NCBI GenBank assembly: GCA_022749845.1
Contig: JAKIWX010000004.1
Location: 1 to 44,691 of the forward strand
Length of the DNA stretch: 44,691 nt
Origin: Thermoplasmata archaeon
GTDB taxonomy: Archaea; Thermoplasmatota; Thermoplasmata; Lutacidiplasmatales; UBA184
Direction of reading: 5' to 3'
Shown piece after piece: positions 16,314-25,723 of this stretch. Every line of letters begins with the position of its first letter. Position 1 is the first letter of the stretch. A model generated the notes under the pieces. The model was given only the letters and a program-made list of their open reading frames with translations. It made no database searches and had not been told where the DNA came from. The position numbers and the translations under genes are program-made.

Positions 16314-17366
16314 TCAGATCGCCGCGAACGGGCGGGGAGGCGAGGAAAGATCGAACGCCTCGACAAAGTCGTTCGCGGCAGCGTCGCGGGTGGAGAGCGG
16401 TGCGAGGCCGAAGCGCGTCTCGATGAACTTCAGGATCGAGGTGTGGTCGTTCACGACGTGGTCGATGAAGCCGTTTCGCGCGTACGGGGAGACGACGAGG
16501 CACGGTACGCGGAAGCCGTAGCCGAAGGCGTCGACGGCGGGGGGCGCCACGTGGTCGTAGAATCCCCCGAAATCATCCCAGGTGACGAAGACCGCGACGC
16601 CGGGCCAGTACGGGCTGGTCCCCAGCGCGTTCACGACATCCGTGGCGACCGAGTCCTGGCCCGCCTGGACGTTCTGCGGCGGATGCTCGGTGCCGCCGGG
16701 CGCTCCGATGATCCAGCTGACCGAGGGGAGCGCGCCGCTCCTCAGGTCCGCGGAGAACTGACGGGCCGTGGCGAACTTGGACTTCGCCGCAGGGTGGTCC
16801 TGGATGTACGCGAACCGCTCAAGCCACGTGGTGAATCCGTAGACCTTCCAGGAGACACCCACCGCGTCCAGGCTCTGAAAGACGGGGGGGAACGGGAGCC
16901 GCGCCGGTACCCGGTCGTCCCGAAGTCCTCCGCAGTTCCCAGCGACGAGGAAGAGGTGGTTCGGCGCGCTCTCCGTCATCGCCGAGGTGAAGTACCGGTC
17001 GCAGAGCACGTAGCGGTCGGCCGCAGCCCAGTAGTGAGGGAGGTCGGATCCATCGAAGTAGGCCATCGTGGTCGGGCTCCCCTCGGAGTACACGAACCCG
17101 TCCATCGCTCCCGAGTTGAAGTCGGCATGCGCCGAGTTCCAGTTGTGGTTCAGGTCGACGGGCTTGAGGGTCGGGCTGTGCGACGGCGCTACGGTGGGCG
17201 GACCGCCCGCGACGGCCGGCACTCGGATTCCTTTCCCGGCGGTGCCGTCGCCCCGCGCGTACGTGCCGAAGTAGTTGTCGTAGGTGTGGTTCTCCTGCAG
17301 CACCACCACTACCCGGTCGATCGGGGAAGGTGGACTCGGGGACGCAGGGCCGAGGCGCGCGGGCAT
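16314..17366 (-). CDS. Phosphoesterase (phospholipase C / AcpA acid phosphatase family), no evident signal peptide
   Basis: [51 protein letters not shown]...SPYA and [10 protein letters not shown]. Confidence 0.92.
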   Translation of the reverse strand: MPARLGPASPSPPSPIDRVVVVLQENHTYDNYFGTYARGDGTAGKGIRVPAVAGGPPTVAPSHSPTLKPVDLNHNWNSAHADFNSGAMDGFVYSEGSPTTMAYFDGSDLPHYWAAADRYVLCDRYFTSAMTESAPNHLFLVAGNCGGLRDDRVPARLPFPPVFQSLDAVGVSWKVYGFTTWLERFAYIQDHPAAKSKFATARQFSADLRSGALPSVSWIIGAPGGTEHPPQNVQAGQDSVATDVVNALGTSPYWPGVAVFVTWDDFGGFYDHVAPPAVDAFGYGFRVPCLVVSPYARNGFIDHVVNDHTSILKFIETRFGLAPLSTRDAAANDFVEAFDLSSPPRPFAAI

Positions 17367-17529
17367 CCAATCCCTCGTACCAGCTCCATCGCACAAGTAC
17401 CTGTTGGGCACCGAACGAAGTCGGGAGTTCGCCCGCGTCCGCACGCCGTATGTAGCATCTCGCGCTCGACGTTGTGTGGTCGCGGCGGAGCAATACGACG
17501 AGACGCTCACCGGCCGGATCCGGGACGGG

Positions 17530-18042
17530 GTGGCGACGATTGAGGCGACGCCGGAAGCCAGCCGCGAGACGATGCGGGAGGCGCTAGAAAGGGTTGAGAG
17601 GCGCGTTCGGGCGCTGCTCCCGAGCCTAGAGGTCGAACGCGTTCTCTCGTTGCTCCACCCCGCCGCCCCGCCGGGAGAGCCTCGCGCCGATCGAGTCACC
17701 CCAAGCCGTGGCACCGACCCATTCTCGCGGTCTGCGTCCGAGATGTTGGTGCTCAGCGGTCAGCTCGACACGGTGGGGGACCCAGCCCAAGCACTCACCA
17801 TCGGGGAGCATGTCGCCCGACGCGCCCACGAACTCGGGCGGACCCTCGACCGGATGCTGTCAGCCCTCGACTCGGGGGAACTACTCTCGAAACCGCTCCA
17901 CCAGCTGCTCGCCTACGCGAGCGAACTCATCCGGAACGCCATCGCTCGCATTCGGCAGTTTGCGGCCGCGCTCGGGGTGACGTCGGTTGCGATCACTCTC
18001 GCGAGCCTGCCTCCGGAGTTCTCGATAACCTTCACCTTCTGA
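17530..18042 (+). CDS. Hypothetical helical protein ending in a beta-hairpin-like segment
   Basis: Amphipathic helices; C-terminus [21 protein letters not shown]; divergent from the phosphoesterase gene. Confidence 0.6.
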   Translation: MATIEATPEASRETMREALERVERRVRALLPSLEVERVLSLLHPAAPPGEPRADRVTPSRGTDPFSRSASEMLVLSGQLDTVGDPAQALTIGEHVARRAHELGRTLDRMLSALDSGELLSKPLHQLLAYASELIRNAIARIRQFAAALGVTSVAITLASLPPEFSITFTF

Positions 18043-18220
18043 TCGGAGCACCCGCTCCCGGCTGGAACCCTTCTCGAGCTGGGTAGGAGTTGGGACGGTG
18101 CTGAAGGGTTGACCCTGCGTCGGGGCAGAAACTGCGCCGGCAGGTATTATCGCCCGGAAGCAGCTATCCGCGCCGGACCGCCGTGCTCGATGTGGGCCCG
18201 GGGCCAAGGAGTTACGAACG

Positions 18221-20407
18221 ATGGGAGAACAGCGAGTAGCCCGAGACGCCGGTCACCTTGCCCGCGGCTTAGGGAGGACCAGCCTGATCGTCTTCGTCCT
18301 AGCAGTGGTCGTCACCTCTTCCGCGCTTGTCACCGTGAGTTTGAGCCGATTCCCTGCGGCCCGACTCGTGGGCCAACAGGCGAGGTCCGGATCCCCGGTA
18401 TCCTCCTCCGAGCTGGCGAGCGCTGCGAGCTCCTTGGCGCTGGGCGGCGGCCCTGCCTCCGGCACGAGCTGGAGCTGCTCAACTTCGCAGGGTAGTGGTT
18501 CCTACTCCTGCAGCCCGCCCCGACCTACCCTGCCCCCGGCCTCGAGCGGTTCGCACAACGTTGTCAACACGCTCCCGGACTGGACCCGGCAGGCTCTGTT
18601 CCCTCCGAGCCGTGATTTCGCGGCCATGACCTACGATGCCGCCGACAAGTATGTCGTCCTGTTCGGGGGATCGAACGGCTCCTTCCTCGGGGACACCTGG
18701 AGCTTCAACGGCTTCTGGACGCACCTAACGCCAGCCACCTCACCCTCCAACCGCTCGGCGGCGGCCTTCGCGTACGACTACAAAGACGGCTACGCGCTCC
18801 TCTTCGGCGGGCTCGGCGGATCCGGCCGGCTCGGGGACACGTGGAAGTTCCTCCACGGCGCGTGGACCCATCTCATCCCTGTGCTCTCGCCGCCCGCGCT
18901 CGACAACGCGAGCATGGTCTGGGACACGAACGACTCCTACCTCCTCCTCTTCGGAGGCTCCCTCTCGAGTTCGACGGTCTCGGGCCAGACCTGGAGCTTC
19001 GTTTCGGGGGCGTGGACCCAGCGCGTCCCGTCCACGAGCCCCGCGGCCCGCCAGAATCTCCAGCTCGGCTACGACAACACGAACGGTTGGGTGGTCCTCT
19101 TCGCCGGCGAGACGAGCGGGGGCGGGGTCTTCTCGGACACCTGGAACTACACGCGGGGCCACTGGACCCAGTTGCACCCGAGCAAGAGTCCGACCGCCGT
19201 CTTCGGGGGCAGCTTTACGAACGACTCTGCGGACGGCTACCTTCTGCTCTTCGGCGGAAGGAACTCGGCGAACCACAACCAGGGCTCGACCTGGAGCTTC
19301 GTCAACGTCTCGTGGACCCAGCAGACGCCCGCCGTGCCCCCGAGCGCTCGGGCGTTCGCGGGCGCGGCCTTCCTCAAGACCTCGAACAAGGTCGTGCTGA
19401 TCGGCGGGCTGCGGGTAGCCGCCCTGAACGACACCTGGACCTACCACGCGAACGTGTGGACGCACCTCTCCACCTCCGGACCGTCGCCGCGTGCGGCGTT
19501 CCAAATGGCCTACGACGAAGCGGATGGGTACGTGCTGCTGTTCGGAGGCGCCCAGCTTCACGGATTCACGACCACCACGTTCGGGGACACCTGGGCCTAC
19601 TCCCACGGTCATTGGAGCCAGCTCAAGCCGGCCGTTTCCCCCATGGCACGGATCGGCGGTGCGATGACCTACGACCAAGGGGACGGGTACATCGTGCTGT
19701 TCGGAGGCCAGGTCCTCGTGAAGAACTCGAACATTCTCGTGAACGACACCTGGACCTTCGTCGGCGGCAAGTGGACGCAGGATATCACGAGCTTCGCGCC
19801 GAACCCTCGGGACATTCCGGGGCTCACGTACGACGCGGCCGACGGGTACGTCCTGCTGTTCGGAGGCCTGGGGTACGGCGGGAACGCGACCGAGCAAGTG
19901 ACGCTCAACGACAGCTGGACGTTCTCCGCCGGGATCTGGACCGTCCTAACGCCGCACGCCTGTACTTCCTGTGGCCCCGCCCCGTCGGGACGCGCTGGGG
20001 CAGCCATGGTGTACGATCCCTGGGACGGCTACGTCCTGCTGTTCGGAGGCGAGAACCTGTCTAAACCGATTCTGGGCACCTTTGCCGAGATCTCGGACAC
20101 CTGGACCTTCAGCGCCGGGGTCTGGACGAACATCACCACGACCGCGGGGACTCCTCCGGGCCCGCGCGCGGCCGCCGGGGTGGCGTACGACGGGCTCGAC
20201 GGCTACGTCCTCATCTTCGGCGGAACTCCGGGGTCGGGGGTGTCGCTCTCCGACACCTGGAGCTTCGTGGGAGGGACCTGGACCCAGCTATTCCCCGCCC
20301 ACAATCCCGGCCCAGACTACCTTGGTGGGGCAGCGTTCGATGCGACGGACCACACGATGCTCTACCTGAACGGGATCTCGTTTGCGGGAGGAACCTGGCT
20401 GTACTGA
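18221..20407 (+). CDS. Secreted or anchored Kelch-like beta-propeller protein (about 12 repeats)
   Basis: N-terminal TM/signal segment; 12 repeats of P..R....M.YD..DGY.LLFGG....DTW.F..G.W. Confidence 0.9.
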   Translation: MGEQRVARDAGHLARGLGRTSLIVFVLAVVVTSSALVTVSLSRFPAARLVGQQARSGSPVSSSELASAASSLALGGGPASGTSWSCSTSQGSGSYSCSPPRPTLPPASSGSHNVVNTLPDWTRQALFPPSRDFAAMTYDAADKYVVLFGGSNGSFLGDTWSFNGFWTHLTPATSPSNRSAAAFAYDYKDGYALLFGGLGGSGRLGDTWKFLHGAWTHLIPVLSPPALDNASMVWDTNDSYLLLFGGSLSSSTVSGQTWSFVSGAWTQRVPSTSPAARQNLQLGYDNTNGWVVLFAGETSGGGVFSDTWNYTRGHWTQLHPSKSPTAVFGGSFTNDSADGYLLLFGGRNSANHNQGSTWSFVNVSWTQQTPAVPPSARAFAGAAFLKTSNKVVLIGGLRVAALNDTWTYHANVWTHLSTSGPSPRAAFQMAYDEADGYVLLFGGAQLHGFTTTTFGDTWAYSHGHWSQLKPAVSPMARIGGAMTYDQGDGYIVLFGGQVLVKNSNILVNDTWTFVGGKWTQDITSFAPNPRDIPGLTYDAADGYVLLFGGLGYGGNATEQVTLNDSWTFSAGIWTVLTPHACTSCGPAPSGRAGAAMVYDPWDGYVLLFGGENLSKPILGTFAEISDTWTFSAGVWTNITTTAGTPPGPRAAAGVAYDGLDGYVLIFGGTPGSGVSLSDTWSFVGGTWTQLFPAHNPGPDYLGGAAFDATDHTMLYLNGISFAGGTWLY

Positions 20408-20418
20408 CGGCGGCCCTC

Positions 20419-20631
20419 GTGCTCCGCCGGGGGGGCGAAGCCCCCTCGACGCGCCGGCTAGCTTTCCGTGTTCGCGACTTGGATGCGCTGGTGATCCAAC
20501 TGCGCGACGAGGAGATGAACGTGAAGCCGGAGCCAAGGAAGATCCCCAAGGGTCGATTCGCCCTGCTCGCCGATCCGGGGGGAAACCCCTTCGAGCTCCG
20601 GTGGCCCGCGGTTACGGGCGCCTCCGAGTGA
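20419..20631 (+). pseudogene. VOC/glyoxalase family C-terminal half (probable fragment)
   Basis: LAFRV.DLDA and GRFA.L.DP.GN.FEL; the N-terminal half of the fold is missing. Confidence 0.6.
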
Positions 20632-20683
20632 GTCTACGAGCGGCCACCGCGAAGGTATATCGAATTGGGTGGTCCGCGCACCG

Positions 20684-20830
20684 ATGAAGGCCAGGGATCC
20701 TGTCTGCGGAATGATGGTCGAGGAATCCAGCGCGGCCGCGCGAGGAACCTACGGCGGACAAACCGTCTACTTCTGCTCGACCGCCTGTCAGAGAACCTAC
20801 GAGAAGTCCCATCCGCCCAGGTCCAACTAG
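20684..20830 (+). CDS. Small YHS/TRASH-domain metal chaperone (48 aa; below the ORF-track cutoff)
   Basis: MKARDPVCGMMV...YGGQTVYFCSTACQ; TATA-like GGTATATC about 25 bp upstream; directly upstream of copA. Confidence 0.88.
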   Translation: MKARDPVCGMMVEESSAAARGTYGGQTVYFCSTACQRTYEKSHPPRSN

Positions 20831-20878
20831 GTTTCCCTTCTCCCTTCCCATAGCCCCGGCGAAAGAGGAGTTGTCGCC

Positions 20879-22996
20879 GTGGCGACCGACCCGATCTGCG
20901 GGATGTTCGTCGACGAACGCTCGGCGGAGTTGCGGCTCGTTCGCGAGAACCGGACCTACTACTTTTGCTCGAGCCATTGTCTCGAGGAGTTCTCCCGGCC
21001 CGAGCTCGAGCTTGCGCGGCTGCGCAGGAAGCTTCTGGTCGCCTGGCCCCTCGCCGTCGCGGTCGTCGCTCTCACCTACGGACAGCCGTTCCGAGGGTGG
21101 CCGTGGGTCGCCCTCCTCCTCGCCGGCGTGGTCCAATTCTACCCGGGCCTCCAGTTCTACCGGAGCTCCTGGGAGGCGATCCGAGGCCGCAACTGGAACA
21201 TGGACCTGCTCATCGCCGTCGGGACTACAACGGCCTTCGTCTACAGCGCGCTGACCCTCCTCCCCGCTACGCACCTGCCCTCCGCGATCTACTTCGACGC
21301 CTCGGCCGTCATCGTCACCCTCATCCTCACCGGCACCTACCTCGAGCATCTGACGCGGGAGCGCGCCGCGGGCGCGCTCCGAAGGCTAGGCGAGCTGCTC
21401 CCGGCGCGGGCGAGCGTCCTCCGCGACGGGGTGGAGGTCGAGCTCCCCCTCGACGTCGTGCAGGTAGGTGACCAGGTCCGAGTTCGCCCCGGCGGCCGCT
21501 TCCCCGTGGACGGGATCGTGCTCGAGGGCCGGTCCACGGTGAGCGAGGCCGTGCTGACGGGGGAAAGCCTGCCGGTCACCAAGGCGCCGGGCTCCGCGAT
21601 CCTCGCCGGGAGCGTGAACGGGGATGGCCTCCTGCTTGCGAAGGCGACACGGGTGGGGGCCGACACGGCCCTCGCCGAGATCGGCCGGCTCGTGACCGAG
21701 GCGGAGACGAGCCGCGTCCCCCTTCAGCAGCTCGCGGACCGGATCGCGGCGGCGTTCGTCCCTCTCGTACTCCTGCTCGGGGTCGCCACGGGCCTCCTTT
21801 GGGCCCTCCTAGGCGCTGGCCTCACCGTCGCGCTCCTCGCCTTCGTTTCGGTCGTGATCATCGCCTGTCCGTGCGCGTTCGGGATCGCCACACCCGCCGC
21901 CATCGTCGTGGGCACCGGACGGGCCGCGGAGGAGGGGATCCTGTTCAAGGGACGGGACTCCCTCGAGGCAGCCAGCCGCGTGGACCTCGTCCTCTCCGAC
22001 AAGACCGGCACCCTCACCCGCGGGGTGCCGAGCCTTTCGGAGGCGGTTCCGGCGTCGGGGGTATCTGTCGAAGAGCTCCTCGTGCTAGCCGGCGCGCTCG
22101 AGGCGGGCTCCGAACACCCGCTCGCCCGAGCCGTCCTGCGAGCCACTTCCGGCCGTGGACTCGTACTTCCACCGGCCCGCGAGGTCCGAGCCGAACCCGG
22201 CCGAGGGATTCGAGGGGTGGTCGACGGTCACGAGGCGGCCGTGCTCAGCGAGGTCGCGGCGCGGGAGGCAGGAGTGGAGCTCGCCGAGCTCCAGCCGGCC
22301 CTACGTCGGCTAGCCGCCGCAGGTCAGGCGTGCTCCGTCGTGCTCCGCGGAGGTAGGCCGCTCGGCGTACTGGGGCTCCGTGATGAGGTCGCTCCGGGAG
22401 CGCGCGATGGGGTCCAGTCGCTCCTCGCGGACGGGATCCCCGTGGTGATGGTGACGGGAGACAACGAGGCAGCCGCGACGGCCGTGGCCGTCGAGGTCGG
22501 CATCTCCGAGGTGCATGCGGGAATGACCCCCGGCGCGAAACTCGCCCTGATCCGCGAGTTCCAGGCCGCGGGGCGGACGGTCGCCTTCGTCGGGGATGGG
22601 ATCAACGATGCACCCGCGCTCGCGGCGGCGAACCTGGGTATCGCGATCGGCGCTGGCACCGAGGTGGCCCGCGAAGCGGGGGGCGTGATTCTGCTGCGCT
22701 CGGACTTCCGCAGTGTGGCCCTCGCGCTCCGTCTCGGAAGGCGCACGGTCCGCAAGGTCCGTGGAAACCTCACGTGGGCGATCGGCTACAACGCCGTGCT
22801 CCTCCCGGTGGCGATGGGCGCTTTCGTACCCCTCCTCGGAGTTCGGATCTTCGGAGCGCTCCCGATCGTGGGCGCCCTCGCGATGGCCTTCTCCTCGACG
22901 ACCGTCGTTCTCAACTCCCTCTCCCTCCGCCACGTGAGCCTTGCCGGCGGCGCGAGAAGCAGGGCGCACGGGCGCCACCCAGTTCAGACCAGGTAG
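20879..22996 (+). CDS. copA: Cu(I)-translocating P1B-type ATPase with N-terminal YHS/TRASH domain
   Basis: DPICGM...YYFCS..C, LTGES, ACPC, DKTGTLT, SEHP, GDGINDAPAL, YN and MAFSS. Confidence 0.93.
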   Translation: MATDPICGMFVDERSAELRLVRENRTYYFCSSHCLEEFSRPELELARLRRKLLVAWPLAVAVVALTYGQPFRGWPWVALLLAGVVQFYPGLQFYRSSWEAIRGRNWNMDLLIAVGTTTAFVYSALTLLPATHLPSAIYFDASAVIVTLILTGTYLEHLTRERAAGALRRLGELLPARASVLRDGVEVELPLDVVQVGDQVRVRPGGRFPVDGIVLEGRSTVSEAVLTGESLPVTKAPGSAILAGSVNGDGLLLAKATRVGADTALAEIGRLVTEAETSRVPLQQLADRIAAAFVPLVLLLGVATGLLWALLGAGLTVALLAFVSVVIIACPCAFGIATPAAIVVGTGRAAEEGILFKGRDSLEAASRVDLVLSDKTGTLTRGVPSLSEAVPASGVSVEELLVLAGALEAGSEHPLARAVLRATSGRGLVLPPAREVRAEPGRGIRGVVDGHEAAVLSEVAAREAGVELAELQPALRRLAAAGQACSVVLRGGRPLGVLGLRDEVAPGARDGVQSLLADGIPVVMVTGDNEAAATAVAVEVGISEVHAGMTPGAKLALIREFQAAGRTVAFVGDGINDAPALAAANLGIAIGAGTEVAREAGGVILLRSDFRSVALALRLGRRTVRKVRGNLTWAIGYNAVLLPVAMGAFVPLLGVRIFGALPIVGALAMAFSSTTVVLNSLSLRHVSLAGGARSRAHGRHPVQTR

Positions 22997-23553
22997 GGGA
23001 GGATTCGCTTCGTCTGCCGTTCGTAAGCCCGATACTCTTCGCCGAGCCGGGCTTCGAGAAGCCGCTCCTCCACGCGAATGCGGTAGCCGAAGACGAGCCC
23101 CGAGACCCCGAGGAGGAGCACAACTCCCTCCCAGGAACCGCCCGCGATGCCGAGGCCGACGATACTGAGCAGCACGCCCGTGTAGGATGGATGCCGGACG
23201 AGGCGGTACGGACCGCTCCGGACGACACGATGGTCCTCTAGGACACGGACGGAGGTACTGAAGTACCGGCCGAGCACGGCGATCGCCCACTGCCGCACCG
23301 CGATCCCGAGGAAAGTAATCCCCATCCCCAGGTAGACGGCGAACAGCGGGAAGGTCGCAAGACCGAACCGGGCGAACTCGAACACCGCCGTGACCGAAAT
23401 GAGGATGCCGAGCACGATTACCAGCCGGGAGCCGCGGTCCGACCGGTACGCCTCGGTGCCGTTGCTGCGACGGAGGGCTGGGATCAGGTAAGCGCCGAGG
23501 AGCTCACTCACGATCCACCCCACGTACGCGACGTCGAACAGGAGCGTGGGCAC
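22984..23553 (-). CDS. Isoprenylcysteine carboxyl methyltransferase (ICMT/Ste14) family membrane protein
   Basis: LGRYFS, H.VV.SGPYRLVRHPSYTG, RI.VEE..L...G.EY..Y and K..IP. Confidence 0.88.
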   Translation of the reverse strand: MPTLLFDVAYVGWIVSELLGAYLIPALRRSNGTEAYRSDRGSRLVIVLGILISVTAVFEFARFGLATFPLFAVYLGMGITFLGIAVRQWAIAVLGRYFSTSVRVLEDHRVVRSGPYRLVRHPSYTGVLLSIVGLGIAGGSWEGVVLLLGVSGLVFGYRIRVEERLLEARLGEEYRAYERQTKRILPYLV

Positions 23554-23753
23554 GCCCCCGTAGTTGACACCCGAAGCCACCTCGGAGCGAGCGAGTCGGC
23601 GCGGTAATCGTTTGCCCAGGCTGGGCGCGGCTACGACGTGGGATCTCCCGTCCTCCGGCGTTTGGGATCCCGCTGAACCCACGTGTGCGGCACCCTCCAG
23701 ACAGGGCACGGCGGGTCCGCTACCGATATTTGCGGTGGCTCCGTCCGCGCGTC

Positions 23754-24188
23754 GTGGTGTTCCTCGTCGACAAGGGCGGCGTGTTCGATGCCCCGGTGGA
23801 GGAGGTCTGGATGTACCTTGCCTCAGGGGAGGAGCACTCCCAGGCGCACCTTCACGAGGCGGTCCGAAGGGTAGCTCACAGCCCGAACTCGCTTACCTAC
23901 TCCTGGGAGCAGCGCTTCGATGGCGAGCCGGTCCGCTTTGCGATGCGGTCGACCAGCTTCGCTCCGGTGGGAATCGCCTACGAGGTCCTCGAGGGCCCCT
24001 TCACCGGCTCGAGCTTCTTTGTGTACTATGCTCCCAGGGGGGACCGCACCAGCGTGACGGTCGTCGGCGAGTTTCTCTCCCCCACGATCCCGCCCTCGCA
24101 TGTTGCCGCGGCCGTCGAACGATTCCTCGCCCTGGAGTTTGAGCAGGACGGCGCGGCGATTCGGAACCGGAGCCATCGGGCCAAGTAG
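23754..24188 (+). CDS. SRPBCC/START-like protein
   Basis: FDAPVEEVW.YL and YEVLEGPF.GS. Confidence 0.7.
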   Translation: MVFLVDKGGVFDAPVEEVWMYLASGEEHSQAHLHEAVRRVAHSPNSLTYSWEQRFDGEPVRFAMRSTSFAPVGIAYEVLEGPFTGSSFFVYYAPRGDRTSVTVVGEFLSPTIPPSHVAAAVERFLALEFEQDGAAIRNRSHRAK

Positions 24189-24285
24189 TCCGAACGTAAC
24201 GCGAAAGGGCGACGCCTGCGCTCTCCTTCCCCCCGGGGGATTCCGAACACCCGTCGCCGGCGGCACGACAAATGTTCAAGTAACC

Positions 24286-24714
24286 GTGACCGCTAGTTCC
24301 CCCGCCGTGCCTTCCGCACCAGCCCGCACCGGAGTGCCCGCCCACCCCAGCGAGCCGTCGGGCAGCTCCGAAACGCAGCAGCTGGTCGACCGGATCACCA
24401 GCGAGCTCGACCTGCTCTCCCGCAACGTCGACATCTTGGAGCAGCTCAGCAGCAGCCCGCCGATGGGGATCATCCGGCTCGGGGAGGCGCTTCACCTGCC
24501 CATCCACAAAGTGCGATACTCCCTGCACCTGCTCGAGCGCGAGGGCGTAATCCAACCGTCCGCCGACGGTGCCGTGGTCACCGAGCGTGCGAAGGAGTTT
24601 TGGGAGTCCCTCGACCGCTCGCTCGAGCGCATGAACGAGACAATCCGCCACCTGAAAGAGCGGGCGGCCGAGTACAACCGCCGGTCGACGGGGCCGGGCC
24701 GGAAAGGCTATTAG
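24286..24714 (+). CDS. Conserved archaeal winged-helix regulator (COG3388-like)
   Basis: E.DLL.R...IL, P.GIIRL.E.L..P.HKVRYSL..LE.EG.I.PS..GA; upstream of the tRNA-Asn/Ile pair. Confidence 0.85.
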   Translation: MTASSPAVPSAPARTGVPAHPSEPSGSSETQQLVDRITSELDLLSRNVDILEQLSSSPPMGIIRLGEALHLPIHKVRYSLHLLEREGVIQPSADGAVVTERAKEFWESLDRSLERMNETIRHLKERAAEYNRRSTGPGRKGY

Positions 24715-24740
24715 CGGCCCCCTCGCATGGCGCGCCCGGT

Positions 24741-24841
24741 GCCGCCGTAGCTCAGTGGCAGAGCGATCGGCTGTTAACCGAAAGGTCAGCGGTTCAAAGG
24801 GGCTGGAGCCCGCTCCGGCCCGGAGATTCCGCTCGGCGGCG
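24741..24841 (+). tRNA. tRNA-Asn(GTT) with a 29-nt non-canonical intron at 59/60 (24799-24827)
   Basis: Acceptor GCCGCCG/CGGCGGC, GTT at 24773-24775, T-stem AGCGG/CCGCT enclosing 36 nt instead of 7; BHB geometry. Confidence 0.88.
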
Positions 24842-24854
24842 CCTCCTGGCCGAG

Positions 24855-24927
24855 GGGCCCGTAGCTTAGTGGTTAGAGCGACCGGCTCATAACCGGTCGG
24901 TCGGCGGTTCGAGTCCGCCCGGGCCCA
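24855..24927 (+). tRNA. tRNA with CAT anticodon, probably tRNA-Ile2 (agmatidine-modified)
   Basis: GGGCCCG/CGGGCCC-A acceptor as in archaeal Ile tRNAs; ACCGG-CTCATAA-CCGGT; lacks the initiator A1-U72 pair and the three consecutive G-C anticodon-stem pairs. Confidence 0.88.
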
Positions 24928-25083
24928 ATTCGGGACTCGAGGTGTTGGTCAAACGAGCGCGACCCCCTTCACGGGATTGAGAAGTTGACCGAAACCGCTG
25001 CGAGCGCTAGCTTTGGCCTCGCAATCGCGTGCGTCACACCCATCGAAATGAGATTCTCCCACTACTCTCCTATCTACGTACTA

Positions 25084-25148
25084 TTTTAGTACCCTAAAAA
25101 TTGAGATAGTGTCTTGTTTAGTATTCTAAAAATGTTATGACTTAAGTA
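25084..25148 (+). promoter_or_regulatory. Two TTAGTAYYCTAAA operator sites 32 bp apart, followed by TATA-like CTTAAGTA
   Basis: TTAGTACCCTAAA (25086-25098) and TTAGTATTCTAAA (25118-25130) in a very AT-rich patch. Confidence 0.65.
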
Positions 25149-25170
25149 TCTCGGGTCCCTCTCCCTGACC

Positions 25171-25419
25171 ATGTGCGTCACCCAACCCACCTCATTCGGA
25201 CCCGAACAGCTCCTGATCGGACAGCACCTGCGCGACCTCCGGCCGAACACTGGCCTTGAGCACTACCTACGGGATGAGTATCCCTCCGTGGCCCCGGACT
25301 GGGTGCTCCGCTTGGGACTCCTCCGAAAGCGATCTCGCTCCACGAGCCGCGCGCGGCTGCGCTCGGTCTGGAACACGCTCTTCCGTCGGCGGATCCCCGC
25401 GCACACGGCAATCGCCTAG
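25171..25419 (+). CDS. Small hypothetical protein (82 aa, basic C-terminus)
   Basis: ATG 30 bp after the start of a TATA-like box (leaderless geometry); LEHYLRDEYP core. Confidence 0.6.
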   Translation: MCVTQPTSFGPEQLLIGQHLRDLRPNTGLEHYLRDEYPSVAPDWVLRLGLLRKRSRSTSRARLRSVWNTLFRRRIPAHTAIA

Positions 25420-25453
25420 GCGTTTCCCGCGCGAGTTCGGCGGCCTTCCGGGA

Positions 25454-25702
25454 TCAGCGGCGGGCTACGCTCTTGCGCTGCACCTCTTCGGCCAGGGCAC
25501 CGGGCAGCCATCCTCGGGAGCCGACAATGGTCCGTCGAGCGGGTTCGACCACTAGCGCAGTCCCTCGGACCGACGCTTGGAGCTCCTGGCCGTCGACCCA
25601 ACCAAGCTCGCGAATGCCCTTCGGCGGTACGCTCAGGACCCAGCGGTAGTAGGTCTTGCCCTCGTAGACCCGGTTGACTACCTTGTGCAGGCGCATGACC
25701 AT
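25454..25702 (-). CDS. AbrB/MazE/SpoVT-like DNA-binding protein
   Basis: Y.RW.LSVP...IRELGW..GQEL...V.G..LVVEP swapped-hairpin signature. Confidence 0.75.
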   Translation of the reverse strand: MVMRLHKVVNRVYEGKTYYRWVLSVPPKGIRELGWVDGQELQASVRGTALVVEPARRTIVGSRGWLPGALAEEVQRKSVARR

Positions 25703-25723
25703 CCCTTCGAGGCGAGCGACATA

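Noticed and set aside
18600-20400. Recurrent nucleotide repeats such as GACACCTGG and CTGTTCGGAGGC
   Set aside because: Explained by the Kelch-like protein repeats.
24855-24927. Initiator tRNA-Met
   Set aside because: It has G1-C72 rather than A1-U72 and lacks the GGG/CCC anticodon-stem signature; the acceptor stem is Ile-like.
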